Shown here piece after piece: positions 8,604 through 18,228 of a stretch of DNA of 32,000 nt. The notes below the pieces were generated by a model that saw only the letters and a program-made list of their open reading frames with translations, was not told the origin of the DNA and searched no databases. Every line of letters begins with the position of its first letter. Position 1 is the stretch's first letter. Origin of the DNA: Synechococcus sp. A15-28 (GTDB lineage: Bacteria; Cyanobacteriota; Cyanobacteriia; PCC-6307; Cyanobiaceae). The DNA lies in contig NZ_CP047931.1 of NCBI RefSeq assembly GCF_014280175.1, forward strand, positions 2,100,001-2,132,000, written 5' to 3'. The position numbers were made by a program, and so were the translations under genes.

Positions 8604-9206
8604 ATGCTGCTGGTCATCGATAACTACGACAGCTTCACCTTCAACCTGGTGCAGTACCTCGGTGAGCTGGCACCTCATCACCCCATCGCAGCGGACCTCC
8701 AGGTGCACCGCAATGACGCCCTCACCATCACCGAGATTCGAGACCTGAAGCCCGACGCCATTCTGCTGTCACCGGGCCCTGGTGATCCGGACCAGTCCGG
8801 CGTCTGCCTGGAGGTGCTGCGGGATCTGTCCCCCACCATTCCCACCCTTGGGGTTTGCCTCGGGCACCAGGCCATCGCCCAGGTGCATGGCGGCCGCGTC
8901 ATTCGTGCCAGCCAACAGATGCACGGCAAAACATCTCCGGTCCTGCACAACGGTGAAGGGGTGTTCGCCGGACTGCCTCAGCCCCTGACGGCCACCCGCT
9001 ACCACTCCCTGATCGCTGAACGCAGCTCACTGCCGGACTGCCTGGAGGTCACGGCCTGGTTGGAGGACGGCACGATCATGGGGCTGCGTCACCGTGAGCA
9101 TCGCCATCTGCAGGGGGTGCAGTTCCATCCCGAGAGCGTGCTGACGGACTCCGGCCACCAACTGCTGGCCAACTTTCTGCAGGAAGCCAGCGGAGAACGC
9201 TGTTAG
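8604..9206 (+). CDS. trpG: Glutamine amidotransferase component II of anthranilate/aminodeoxychorismate synthase
   Basis: [19 protein letters not shown], the catalytic GVCLGHQ and QFHPES are present. TrpG and PabA cannot be distinguished from sequence alone. Confidence 0.85.
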   Translation: MLLVIDNYDSFTFNLVQYLGELAPHHPIAADLQVHRNDALTITEIRDLKPDAILLSPGPGDPDQSGVCLEVLRDLSPTIPTLGVCLGHQAIAQVHGGRVIRASQQMHGKTSPVLHNGEGVFAGLPQPLTATRYHSLIAERSSLPDCLEVTAWLEDGTIMGLRHREHRHLQGVQFHPESVLTDSGHQLLANFLQEASGERC

Positions 9207-9232
9207 CGTCCGAACTCACATCAACGCCAACC

Positions 9233-9955
9233 ATGTCCGTCCTGCGCTCTGCTGCGTTTGCTGCCACTGGACTGGCACTGAGCCTGCAGGCAGCGGCCGA
9301 TGCCGGCGGTGGCGTCAGCATCAGCAGCTACGGCCAGCGGGCTCTGTTTATTCAGGGAGGCGGTCAGTCGGTGCTGCTCAATCCCTACAAGGCAGTGGGT
9401 TGTGCGGCGGGCTTGCCCGAACCCCGCGTCAAAGCCGGGGTCGTTCTGGCCAGTTCCGAACTGGCCGACGAAGGGGCCCGCGGCATTGCCACGGGGCGGT
9501 TCCTGGTGGCGCCGGGTTCCTACAAAGTGGGAGGCCTGAATCTGGAGGGTTTCGCCAGCCCCCACGACCGGATGGAAGGCCGTCGATTCGGCAACGCCAC
9601 AATCTGGCGCTGGCAGCAGGGAGGCCTGGACTTCGCCCATGTGGGTGCAACCGCAGGGCCGATCAGCGGTGCTGACCGGGTGCTGCTGGGGCGCCCCGAT
9701 GTGCTGATCATCGGCGTGGGCGGCGGAAGCAAGATCTATGACGGCAAGGAAGCTGCTGCCGTGGTGAAGCAGCTCAACCCCAAACGGGTGATTCCGGTGC
9801 AATACGTCAATGGCGATGCCCCCGCCAACTGCGACCAGGAGGGAGTTCAGCCATTCCTTGAGGCCATGGGCGGATCCACCGTGGTGAATCCAGGCCGCAG
9901 CATCGATCTTCCGGCCAACCTGCCCGACACCACCGTGATCACGGTGTTGCGCTGA
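9233..9955 (+). CDS. Secreted conserved hypothetical protein (possible degenerate MBL-fold / Lactamase_B_3-like)
   Basis: The signal peptide is MSVLRSAAFAATGLALSLQAAADA. The layout (RALFIQGGGQSVLLNP ... VVLASSELADE ... FAHVGAT ... VIPVQY) parallels small metal-dependent hydrolases. The HxHxDH position reads ASSELAD. The fold assignment is from memory. Confidence 0.55.
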   Translation: MSVLRSAAFAATGLALSLQAAADAGGGVSISSYGQRALFIQGGGQSVLLNPYKAVGCAAGLPEPRVKAGVVLASSELADEGARGIATGRFLVAPGSYKVGGLNLEGFASPHDRMEGRRFGNATIWRWQQGGLDFAHVGATAGPISGADRVLLGRPDVLIIGVGGGSKIYDGKEAAAVVKQLNPKRVIPVQYVNGDAPANCDQEGVQPFLEAMGGSTVVNPGRSIDLPANLPDTTVITVLR

Positions 9956-10937
9956 GCGGTGTTGCGCTGAGCAACGCCGCCAGACCCTCCCGGTCCAGTC
10001 CGGCGATCAGGGCCAGCGACAGCAGCACCCTGGCCTTCTGAGGATTGAGGCTGCCGGCGGGCAGCACCCCCAACCGTTCATCTTCGGCACATCGATGCAC
10101 CGGGCCTGAACCGCAACGGTTCGACCGCAGCATCAACGGCCGCTTCCCCGGCCATGCCAGAAGCACCGAGCGCTCCCCAGCCGACAGCTGGCCCGCCCCT
10201 GTTCCTGTGAACACCACCCCGGCAACACCAGCATGGAGACAAGCGGTCAGCATGAGCGCTTCGGGCTCCACGCAGCCGTAAAGAATCGGCACCTGGGGCC
10301 ATTGCTCCGGCAAATCGAGCCCAGCGAAGGGCACCTGACGGGATCCGCCCGCCATTGGGAAATGAACGCCAACGTCATCCACCCAGCCCAAGGGCCCGCT
10401 GCCGGGGCTGGCGAACGCCCCCACCCCCTGGGTGGCCAGCTTGGTGACACGCTGGGCGCCATGGATCTGGCCATCCATCACCACCAAAACGCCATGGCCG
10501 CGTGCTTCGCTGGTCAAGGCCACCTGCACCGCCTGGAACAAATTGAGGGGCCCGTCAGCACTGAGGGCCGTTGCTGGCCGCATCGCCCCCACCAGCACCA
10601 CCGGCCGGGGATCGTCGATCAGCAATTGCAGCAACCAGGCGGTTTCCTCCAGGGTGTTGGTGCCATGGGTGATCACCACCCCTGCGAGATCCGGATCCAT
10701 TCGGAACGCCTCTCGGATACGCGAGACCAAGTCGCGCCAATGCGCAAACAGCAGGTCGGCGCTGTCGACGTTGGCGATCTGCTCGACATTGATCGTCGTC
10801 AGATCCTGCAGCTGCGGCACCGCCGCCAGCAGGTCCTCACCCCTCAGTACACCTGCGCTGTAGTCGTTCAACGTCGCACTGTCGGCCCCACGGCCGGCGA
10901 TGGTGCCGCCGGTGGCCAGCAGCAGCAGCCGACTCAT
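9939..10937 (-). CDS. ansA: L-asparaginase family protein, 332 aa
   Basis: [15 protein letters not shown] (Thr-12 motif), DYSAG (Tyr), HGTNTLEETA (the HGTDT position) and RVTKLAT (Lys) are present. The ATG at 10937 overlaps the hisC stop (ATGA). Confidence 0.8.
   Translation of the reverse strand: MSRLLLLATGGTIAGRGADSATLNDYSAGVLRGEDLLAAVPQLQDLTTINVEQIANVDSADLLFAHWRDLVSRIREAFRMDPDLAGVVITHGTNTLEETAWLLQLLIDDPRPVVLVGAMRPATALSADGPLNLFQAVQVALTSEARGHGVLVVMDGQIHGAQRVTKLATQGVGAFASPGSGPLGWVDDVGVHFPMAGGSRQVPFAGLDLPEQWPQVPILYGCVEPEALMLTACLHAGVAGVVFTGTGAGQLSAGERSVLLAWPGKRPLMLRSNRCGSGPVHRCAEDERLGVLPAGSLNPQKARVLLSLALIAGLDREGLAALLSATPLSATP
9942..9971. repeat. Perfect 15-bp tandem duplication (cggtgttgcgctgag x2)
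   Basis: Copy 1 is 9942-9956 and copy 2 is 9957-9971. Copy 1 contains the TGA of the + strand gene (9953-9955). On the - strand the two copies encode LSATP-LSATP, the last 10 residues of the asparaginase. Confidence 0.95.
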
Positions 10938-12052
10938 GGATCGAGACGAAGGTAGGCCTCCATGAAACGCTGCATCTGGCTGGTGGTGCCGATGCTGACG
11001 CGGAAGCAACCATCGATCAGCGGCTTGCCCGCCATCGAGCGGATCAGGATGCCCTCACCGCGCAGGGCTGCATCCACCTCCGCCACCGGTTTCCGGGGCC
11101 AGATCAGCAGATAGTTGCCCCCATCGCAGTGATGGCGCACTCCCGCCTGCTGCAAAGCCTCCACGGTCCAGTCTCTCGCCCGCAACACCTCTGCGACGTA
11201 GGCATCGACGTAGGACTGATCCGCCAGGGCGGCAAAGGCGGCGGCCACCGCAACGCTGTTGACGTCATAGGGACCGGTGACGCGACCGACGCGGTCGATC
11301 ACAGCGGCGTGGCCGACAGCGAACCCGATCCGCAACGCGGCTAAGCCGGCGGTTTTGGACAGGGACTGCAGCACCAGCAGATTCGGCGTCTCTGCGAAAT
11401 CGACCAGCGGCAGCACGCTGTCGCCGGTGAACGCGGCATAGAGCTCATCCACCACCAACAGGGTGTCCGGCGCTGAGGCGGCCATCGCAATGATCTGCTC
11501 CGGAGCCAGACGGGTTCCGGTGGGATTGTTGGGGTTGCAGATCAACAGCAGCCGAGGTGAAAGGCGCGTCAACGCTTCCTGAATGGCCGCAAGGGGGAAT
11601 GCAAACGTCTCACCTTCGTAGGGAATGGCTTCGATCGTCATGCCCTGCGTGCGGGCACAGGGGGTGTAGTAGCCAAAGGTGGGGGCCGTCGTCAGAACGC
11701 AGTCGCCGGCATCGCCATAGGCCTGGAAGACGGCGTGAATGGCGGCATCCGCGCCGTTGAACAGACCCACCTGGTCGGGATTGAGTCGCTCCCGACAACC
11801 ACCCTCCATGAGGTTGCGCACGACGGCCTCCCGCAGGCCGTCGTACTCTGGATAAACCGCAATCTCCTCAGTGCTGAACCCCCGCAAGGCTTGGGCCACC
11901 AGCGGGCTGGGGCCAATCGTGTTTTCGTTGAAATCAAGGCGCAGCATGTTGCGCCGACCCTCCAGGGGGGCGCTGTAGGCCTTGAGCTGCTCGACGTCGG
12001 CGCGGGCCGCCGGAGCACCACCGGGTGTGAACGGTTGAATGTTGTCGTTCAC
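10934..12052 (-). CDS. hisC: Histidinol-phosphate aminotransferase-like class I/II aminotransferase
   Basis: [19 protein letters not shown] and the PLP-lysine context [15 protein letters not shown] are present. The GTG start overlaps the argS stop (GTGA). Confidence 0.75.
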   Translation of the reverse strand: MNDNIQPFTPGGAPAARADVEQLKAYSAPLEGRRNMLRLDFNENTIGPSPLVAQALRGFSTEEIAVYPEYDGLREAVVRNLMEGGCRERLNPDQVGLFNGADAAIHAVFQAYGDAGDCVLTTAPTFGYYTPCARTQGMTIEAIPYEGETFAFPLAAIQEALTRLSPRLLLICNPNNPTGTRLAPEQIIAMAASAPDTLLVVDELYAAFTGDSVLPLVDFAETPNLLVLQSLSKTAGLAALRIGFAVGHAAVIDRVGRVTGPYDVNSVAVAAAFAALADQSYVDAYVAEVLRARDWTVEALQQAGVRHHCDGGNYLLIWPRKPVAEVDAALRGEGILIRSMAGKPLIDGCFRVSIGTTSQMQRFMEAYLRLDP

Positions 12053-13821
12053 ATGCGGTCCAGGGTGGCGATGCCCAGCAGTCCGAGCCCCAGTCTGAGG
12101 GTGTCGGCCGTTAAACGGCAGAGGGCAAGGCGGGATGCCAGTGCTTCAGGATCGGCCTTGAGCACCGGCACCTGATCGTAGAAGCGGTTGAACACCTGGC
12201 TGAGCTCGAACAGATAGCTGCACAAGCGGTTGGGCAACAGCTCCTCCTCCACCTCTGCGATCACAGCGTCGAACTTGAGCAACTCCCGCACCAGAGCCCA
12301 CTCCTGGGGCTCACTGAAGGTCAGCTGGGCTGTCTCCACATCCAGGTCACCCCCCTTGCGGGCGATGCCGGCGATGCGCACCACGGCATAGAGGAGATAG
12401 GGCGCCGTGTTGCCCTGCAGCGCCAGCATCCGATCGAAGGAGAACTGGTAGTTGGTGATGCGGTTCTGGCTGAGGTCGGCGTATTTCACCGCCGCCAACC
12501 CCACGGTGCCCGCCACATGCTGAATGAACTCCTCCGACTCGCTGCGCTCCTCTTCCTTCAGGCGTGAGCGCAGATCGGTCTCGGCGCGCTCGACGGCTTC
12601 ATCGAGCAGATCCCGCAGGCGCACGGTGTCACCGGCGCGGGTCTTGAGCTTCTTGCCGTCTTCCCCCTGCACCAGGCCAAAGGGCACGTGCTCGAGGCGC
12701 GCACCGTCCGGGATCCAGCCGGCCCGTCCCGCCACCTGGAACACCCCGGCGAAATGGTTCGCCTGGCCGGCATCGGTGACATACACAACGCGGCGGGCAC
12801 CATCCCCTTCCGGCGCTGCACCGAAGCGGTAGCGGATCGCCGCCAGATCAGTGGTGGCGTAGTTGAAACCACCATCACTCTTCTGCACGATCACGGGCAG
12901 GGGATTGCCGTCCTTGCCCTGCACACCCTCGAGGAAAACGCACTGGGCGCCGTCGTCGGTGACCAGCAGTTCGGTGGCCTTCAAGCCATCAAGCACCGCC
13001 GGCAGGAAGGGGTTGTAGAACGACTCGCCGCGTTCGCTGAGGCGGATGTCGAGCCGGTCGTAGATCTTCTGGAACTCGCGCCGCGACTGGTCGCAGAGCA
13101 GGCCCCAGGCCTTGAGCGACACCGGATCGCCCCCCTGCAGCTTCACCACCTCATCGCGGGAGGTGGACTGGAAGGCTTCATCCTCATCGAAGCGCTTCTT
13201 GGCCTCGCGGTAGAAAGCCACCAGGTCTCCCAGATCCACCGCATCGGCGGTGTCCAGGGCTTCCGGCGCCACCTGCTTGAGATGCGTGATGAGCATGCCG
13301 AACTGGGTGCCCCAGTCGCCCACGTGATTGAGGCGCAGCACCGGATGGCCGCGGAACTCGAGCACCCGCGCCAGCGAGTCGCCAATGATCGTTGAGCGCA
13401 GGTGCCCCACATGCATCTCCTTGGCGATGTTGGGGCTGGAAAAATCCACCACCACCGGCGCCGCGTTGCTGACCGCCGGCACGCCGAGACGCTCGTCCCC
13501 CAGCCGGGCCGACACCTCCGCCGCCAGCCGCTCCGGGCGGATCGTGAGGTTGATGAAGCCCGGCCCGGCGATCTGGGGCTCCAGGCAGAGGTCGGTGAAG
13601 GCGGGATCACCCTGCAGCTGCTCCACGATCGCCGTGGCGATCTGGCGGGGGGCCTGCTTCAGGGGCTTGGCCAGGGGCAACGCACCATTGGCCTGGAAGT
13701 CACCGAATTCCGGCTTGCTGGCCGGGGCCAGCTGGGGGTCCAGCCCCGCATCGGCCTCCGGGAAGGCCCGTTGCATCGCCGCCCGCAGCTGGGCATCCAG
13801 GGACTGGGACAGGCTGAGCAT
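12049..13821 (-). CDS. argS: Arginine--tRNA ligase
   Basis: It is 590 aa with [21 protein letters not shown] (the HIGH region) and an anticodon-binding C-terminus ending in ...ATLDRM. Confidence 0.92.
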   Translation of the reverse strand: MLSLSQSLDAQLRAAMQRAFPEADAGLDPQLAPASKPEFGDFQANGALPLAKPLKQAPRQIATAIVEQLQGDPAFTDLCLEPQIAGPGFINLTIRPERLAAEVSARLGDERLGVPAVSNAAPVVVDFSSPNIAKEMHVGHLRSTIIGDSLARVLEFRGHPVLRLNHVGDWGTQFGMLITHLKQVAPEALDTADAVDLGDLVAFYREAKKRFDEDEAFQSTSRDEVVKLQGGDPVSLKAWGLLCDQSRREFQKIYDRLDIRLSERGESFYNPFLPAVLDGLKATELLVTDDGAQCVFLEGVQGKDGNPLPVIVQKSDGGFNYATTDLAAIRYRFGAAPEGDGARRVVYVTDAGQANHFAGVFQVAGRAGWIPDGARLEHVPFGLVQGEDGKKLKTRAGDTVRLRDLLDEAVERAETDLRSRLKEEERSESEEFIQHVAGTVGLAAVKYADLSQNRITNYQFSFDRMLALQGNTAPYLLYAVVRIAGIARKGGDLDVETAQLTFSEPQEWALVRELLKFDAVIAEVEEELLPNRLCSYLFELSQVFNRFYDQVPVLKADPEALASRLALCRLTADTLRLGLGLLGIATLDRM

Positions 13822-13864
13822 GGGCAGTGCGTGGCCGGGGGAATCCGGCTCTGATCATCCCTCT

Positions 13865-14704
13865 TCAGGTGAAACGCATGCTCAGGTCGAGCCAATGGCT
13901 ACGGGTGACCGGCGCGCTGGTGGAGATCAGATCGATGCCGGTGGCGGCGTAGGCCTGCAACTGCTCGGGCTGAATGCCCGAAGCCTCCAGCATCACTCCG
14001 CGATCGCTGCAGTCCCGCAGGCGCGGCACGAGCTGCGTGAGCCGCTCAGGGCTGAATTCATCCAGCAGCACCCCATTGGCGCCCGCCTGCACCGCCTCCA
14101 GCGCCTGAGCCTCCGTCTCCGCTTCCACAATCACGGCCGTGGGCCAGGGGGCCTGCTCACGCACAGAAGCGATGGCCGCCGTGATGCCCCCCGCCCAGGC
14201 GATGTGGTTCTCCTTGAGCATGGCCGCGTCATCCAGCCCCATGCGGTGGTTGATGCCGCCGCCGCAGCGCACCGCATATTTCTCCAGCAGACGAAGCCCA
14301 GGGGTCGTCTTGCGGGTGTCGGCCAGACGCACACCGGTGCCCGCAAGCTGGGCCACCAATGCAGCAGTAGCGGTGGCAATGCCCGAGAGCCGCATGGCCA
14401 GGTTCAAGGCGGTGCGTTCCCCGGCCACCAAAGCCGTGGCCGGCCCCTGCAGCTCCAGCAGGCAGTCCCCGGCCTCGATGGCCTCACCGTCCTGCCGCAG
14501 CAACCGAACGTTCACCGCGGGATCCAGCCGCTGGAACAAGCGCTGCACCAAAGGGCCACCGCAGAACCGGCCCGGCTGTTTGGCGACCCAATGGGCCTGA
14601 CCCTGCTGACCCTGCAACGCCACCGCAGTCAGATCTCCGCGGCCGATGTCTTCCGCCAACCAGCGATCCAGTGCACTGGTGAGAGCTTGGGACTGCCAAT
14701 CCAT
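13865..14704 (-). CDS. nadC: Nicotinate-nucleotide pyrophosphorylase (quinolinate phosphoribosyltransferase)
   Basis: LAEDIGRGDLT, ERTALN, DTRKTTPGLR, KYAVRCGGGINHR and MLKENH are present. I chose the ATG at 14704 (MDWQSQ) over the longer track ORF. Confidence 0.88.
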   Translation of the reverse strand: MDWQSQALTSALDRWLAEDIGRGDLTAVALQGQQGQAHWVAKQPGRFCGGPLVQRLFQRLDPAVNVRLLRQDGEAIEAGDCLLELQGPATALVAGERTALNLAMRLSGIATATAALVAQLAGTGVRLADTRKTTPGLRLLEKYAVRCGGGINHRMGLDDAAMLKENHIAWAGGITAAIASVREQAPWPTAVIVEAETEAQALEAVQAGANGVLLDEFSPERLTQLVPRLRDCSDRGVMLEASGIQPEQLQAYAATGIDLISTSAPVTRSHWLDLSMRFT

Positions 14705-14769
14705 TCCGCAGATTGCGGTTGAGCGGACTGTATGGGAAAGGCCAGGCTGATTTCGATGCAGCGAACCGC

Positions 14770-16353
14770 TTGGCGACACACCATTTCAAGAACCTCAGAA
14801 TCCAGACCGGTGATCTCGACGGTCTGCTTGGACTGGGCCTGAACAACCTGATTCAAATCCTGCTGATCATCAGCCTCTGCCGCGGAGTGCTTGGCTTCCC
14901 CGACAGCCTGTTGTTCGGGACGATCCTGCCGGCGACGGGCATCAGCCTGCTGCTGGGGAATCTGATCTATGCCCAGCAGGCCAGGGCCCTGGCCCGACGA
15001 GAACAGAGGAACGACTGCACAGCACTGCCCTACGGCGTCAACACGGTCAGCCTGTTCGCCTTCGTGTTTCTGGTGATGCTGCCGGCAAAGCTTGCGGCTC
15101 TCAGTGCAGGGCTGAGCGAAGCCGATGCCGTGCAGCGCTCCTGGCAGGTGGGACTGATGGCTTGCCTCGGGTCCGGCCTGATCGAAACCCTCGGGGCTTT
15201 CGTTGCCCACAGCCTGCGGCGCTGGCTGCCGCGGGCAGCGCTGCTATCCACCCTGGCGGGCATTGCCCTGGGCTACATCGCCCTGGGATTCCTGCTGCGC
15301 AGCTTCGCCCACCCTCTGGTCTGCCTCAGCAGCCTCAGTGTGATCCTGCTTGGCTATTTCGGTCGCGTGCGCTGGCCGATCCCCACCGGCCTGATGGCCC
15401 TGCTGCTGGGGATGGCTCTGGCCTGGGGCAGCGGCTTGAACACGCTGGATCCCGAAGGCTGGCAGCGAGGACTCAGCGTGATCAGCCTGCATTGGCCGAC
15501 GTTGCAGCTGAATGCCCTCTGGCAGGCCCGTTTCGAGCTGCTTCCCTGGATCGCCGTCATTGCACCCATGGGGCTGTTCAATCTGATCGGATCGCTGCAG
15601 AACCTGGAAAGCGCCGAGGCTGCGGGGGATCGCTATGCAACCCGCAGCAGCCTGCTGATCGATGGCCTTGGAACCCTGAGTGCCGCGGCCCTGGGCTCCT
15701 GTTTCCCGACCACGCTCTACATCGGCCATCCGGGCTTCAAAGCCCTGGGAGCGCGGTCGGCTTACTCCTGGCTGAACGGAGTGGTCATGGCCTCCGGCTG
15801 CTTCCTGGGGCTGTTCGGAGCCGCCAGCGAGCTGATCCCGGTGGAGGCGGGTCTCGCAATCCTGCTGTACATCGGATTGACCATGGCCGCCCAGGCATTC
15901 GCCAGCACACCCGAGCGCCACGGGCCGGCCGTGGTGCTGGGCCTGCTGCCAGGACTGGCGGGATGGGGCGCCCTGATGCTCAAGGCCGGACTGCGGGCTG
16001 GAGCAGCCGGCTCGGGCGAATCAGCATTCACTCCCGATCTGCTGAGCGAACTTGCGTCAGCGGACGTCTGGGCCCAGGGCCTCTTCGCCCTGGAACAGGG
16101 GCAGATCATCACCGCGATGCTCCTCTCAGCCTGGTTGGTGTACGCCATCGAAGGCCGCTTTCTGGCCTCGGCGCTGTGCACCGCGTTAGCAGCCGGCCTG
16201 GCCTGGATCGGTCTGATTCATGCCTGGCAGTTCAGTCCCGCCGACACCGTGATGCAACTGGGATGGGGCAGTGGACAGGCTTGGGCGGAGGGGTATGCCG
16301 CCATGACGGTGATTGTGATGCTCGCCCACTGGCGACAACGCGGCGCCAACTGA
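14770..16353 (+). CDS. NCS2/AzgA-like nucleobase-type permease (putative); start uncertain
   Basis: It is a polytopic membrane protein. FNLIGSLQNLESAEAAGD...LLIDGLGTLSAAALGSCFPTTLYIGHPGFKALGARS parallels the AdeP/PurP core by eye. There is no in-frame ATG near the 5' end. The candidate starts are TTG at 14770 (MATHHFKNL) and TTG at 14713, which is only 8 nt from the divergent nadC start. Confidence 0.6.
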   Translation: MATHHFKNLRIQTGDLDGLLGLGLNNLIQILLIISLCRGVLGFPDSLLFGTILPATGISLLLGNLIYAQQARALARREQRNDCTALPYGVNTVSLFAFVFLVMLPAKLAALSAGLSEADAVQRSWQVGLMACLGSGLIETLGAFVAHSLRRWLPRAALLSTLAGIALGYIALGFLLRSFAHPLVCLSSLSVILLGYFGRVRWPIPTGLMALLLGMALAWGSGLNTLDPEGWQRGLSVISLHWPTLQLNALWQARFELLPWIAVIAPMGLFNLIGSLQNLESAEAAGDRYATRSSLLIDGLGTLSAAALGSCFPTTLYIGHPGFKALGARSAYSWLNGVVMASGCFLGLFGAASELIPVEAGLAILLYIGLTMAAQAFASTPERHGPAVVLGLLPGLAGWGALMLKAGLRAGAAGSGESAFTPDLLSELASADVWAQGLFALEQGQIITAMLLSAWLVYAIEGRFLASALCTALAAGLAWIGLIHAWQFSPADTVMQLGWGSGQAWAEGYAAMTVIVMLAHWRQRGAN

Positions 16354-16356
16354 CGC

Positions 16357-17685
16357 TTATTTACCGATGCAGAAGCGCGAAAACACCCGATCCAGCACCG
16401 CTTCGGTGAGCTCCTCACCGGTGATCTCCCCCAGCGCGCGGATCGCCTCGCGCAGATCGATGGTCCAGAAGTCCCAGGGCAATTGCTGGGCCGCCACCTC
16501 CTGGCTGCGGGCCAGCGCCTCGGCCGCGCGGGCCGCCAGATCCCGCTGCCGTTCGTTCAGCGCCAGCAGCACAGCCGAGGCATCGCCGGCGCCACAGCAG
16601 GTCAGCACCGCCTCCACCAGTTGGTCCTCCCCCTCACCACTGATGGCCGACAGCAGCACATCGGCTTCCGCGGGTGCCTCGGTCCTCAACAAATCCTGCT
16701 TATTGGCCACCACCAGGCGCGGAACCGCCGGGGGAATGCGCTCCAGCAAAGCGCGATCCGCCGGGGTCCAGCCCTGCTGGGCATCGATCACCAGCAACAC
16801 CAGATCGGCTGAGGCCAGGGCCTGCTCGCTGCGGGCAATCCCCATCTGCTCCACCACGTCCTGAGTCGCACGGATGCCAGCGGTGTCGAGCAGGGTGATC
16901 GGCACCCCCTCCAGCACAATCTCGCTCTCCAGCAGGTCGCGGGTGGTGCCGGGCAGCTCGGTCACAATCGCCCGCTCCCGCCGACTGAGCCGGTTCAACA
17001 GCGAGCTCTTGCCCACATTGGGGCGGCCCACCAACGCCACCCGAAGGCCGCTGCGCAGGGCATCCCCCCGCTCGCCATCCCGCACCAACTGCTGGAGCTC
17101 CAGGCGTATGGCTTGCAGCTCCAGCAGCAGGGCCTCGCCATCCAGCGCCGGCAGGTCCTCCTCGAAGTCCACCCGGGCCTCCAGCTCGGTGAGCTGATCC
17201 AGCAACCGCTCGCGCAACGCGGTGATTTGAGCGTGAATCCCGCCATCGAGGCCAGCGATAGCCAGATCCGCCGCCCGCCGGCTGCGAGCCGCCACCAACT
17301 CACTCACCGCCTCCGCGCGGGTGAGGTCCAGACGGCCGTTGAGCACGGCCCGCTGGCTGAATTCCCCCGGCAGGGCCCGCCGAACCCCCGGTTGCTCCAG
17401 CACCCGCTCCAGCACCCGCTGCACCGCCATCACCCCGCCATGGCAGTGGATCTCCACAACGTCCTCACCGGTGAAACTGCGGGGTCTGCGCATCAGCAGC
17501 AGCAGCACCTCATCCAGGCGTCGCTGACCAGTGGCATCCAGCACGTGGCCATAGACAACACGGTGAGACTCCCAGTCCTGCCGTCCTGGGACTTGCACGA
17601 TCGAACGGCCGACGTCTTCCGCCACAGGGCCTGAAACGCGGATCACAGCGATTCCGCCCTGGCCTGGGGCGACCGCCGTGGCCAC
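16357..17685 (-). CDS. mnmE: tRNA uridine-5-carboxymethylaminomethyl modification GTPase MnmE; true start probably upstream of the listed GTG
   Basis: The G-domain motif GRPNVGKSSLLN, DTAGIR and the C-terminal FCIGK are present. The conserved N-terminal SDTIAA is encoded immediately upstream of the GTG at 17685 (see finding). Confidence 0.88.
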   Translation of the reverse strand: MATAVAPGQGGIAVIRVSGPVAEDVGRSIVQVPGRQDWESHRVVYGHVLDATGQRRLDEVLLLLMRRPRSFTGEDVVEIHCHGGVMAVQRVLERVLEQPGVRRALPGEFSQRAVLNGRLDLTRAEAVSELVAARSRRAADLAIAGLDGGIHAQITALRERLLDQLTELEARVDFEEDLPALDGEALLLELQAIRLELQQLVRDGERGDALRSGLRVALVGRPNVGKSSLLNRLSRRERAIVTELPGTTRDLLESEIVLEGVPITLLDTAGIRATQDVVEQMGIARSEQALASADLVLLVIDAQQGWTPADRALLERIPPAVPRLVVANKQDLLRTEAPAEADVLLSAISGEGEDQLVEAVLTCCGAGDASAVLLALNERQRDLAARAAEALARSQEVAAQQLPWDFWTIDLREAIRALGEITGEELTEAVLDRVFSRFCIGK

Positions 17686-17775
17686 AGCAGCGATGGTGTC
17701 GGAAGCGGTCAGGGAAAGGACGCCTTTCAGTACCTCATTCCTAGGATCCGCCCGTTCATCTGCCCGTCACGGTTC

Positions 17776-18228
17776 ATGCAACGGTTGCTGCAGACCAACC
17801 GTGAACGCCTGCGCCGGGGCCTTCAGTGGCTGTGGGCGCAAGAGGGCACAGCGGGGCAACGGGCCAGGGGTGTGGCCGCCGGTGTGTTCTGCGGCTGTTA
17901 CCCCTTCTTCGGGCTGCAGATGCTGCTGAGCGTTGGGCTGGCCACCCTGGTGCGTGGCAACCACCTGCTCGCCGCCGCGGGCACCCTGGTGAGCAACCCC
18001 CTCACCTACGTGCCGCTGTACTGGTTCAACTTCGTGGTGGGCAGCCGGCTGCTGGGACCGCTGGCCGGGGCCGACCTCGACGGTGTGAACCGCAGCAACC
18101 TCTGGAATCAAGGCTGGGACGTTCTGCAGCGACTTCTGCTCGGTTCGACGCTTGTGGGAGCTCTAATGGCGTTGCTGCTGGGATTGCTGGCCTACCGACT
18201 CTTTCAGCAACGCACCTTCGTCAACTGA
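17776..18228 (+). CDS. DUF2062-family membrane protein
   Basis: ARGVAAGVFCGCYPFFGLQMLLSVGLATLVRGNHLLAAAGTLVSNPLTYVPLYWF matches my memory of the DUF2062 pattern. Its 3' end overlaps the convergent spoT by 8 nt. Confidence 0.65.
   Translation: MQRLLQTNRERLRRGLQWLWAQEGTAGQRARGVAAGVFCGCYPFFGLQMLLSVGLATLVRGNHLLAAAGTLVSNPLTYVPLYWFNFVVGSRLLGPLAGADLDGVNRSNLWNQGWDVLQRLLLGSTLVGALMALLLGLLAYRLFQQRTFVN

Noticed and set aside
14000-14007. The HIP1 palindrome GCGATCGC.
   Set aside because: I noticed only a single copy, so there is no sign of the over-representation seen in HIP1-rich cyanobacteria.
13328-14722. A 464-aa + strand ORF spanning the argS/nadC region.
   Set aside because: It is entirely antisense to two genes with unmistakable family motifs. 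The translation is Arg/Gly/Pro/Ala-rich with no motif. It is a typical high-GC shadow ORF.
15162-16409. A 415-aa + strand ORF in an alternative frame of the permease, together with the 225-aa - strand ORF at 15244-15921.
   Set aside because: They are off-frame or antisense to a hydrophobic polytopic permease frame. Their translations are Pro/Arg/Gly-rich.
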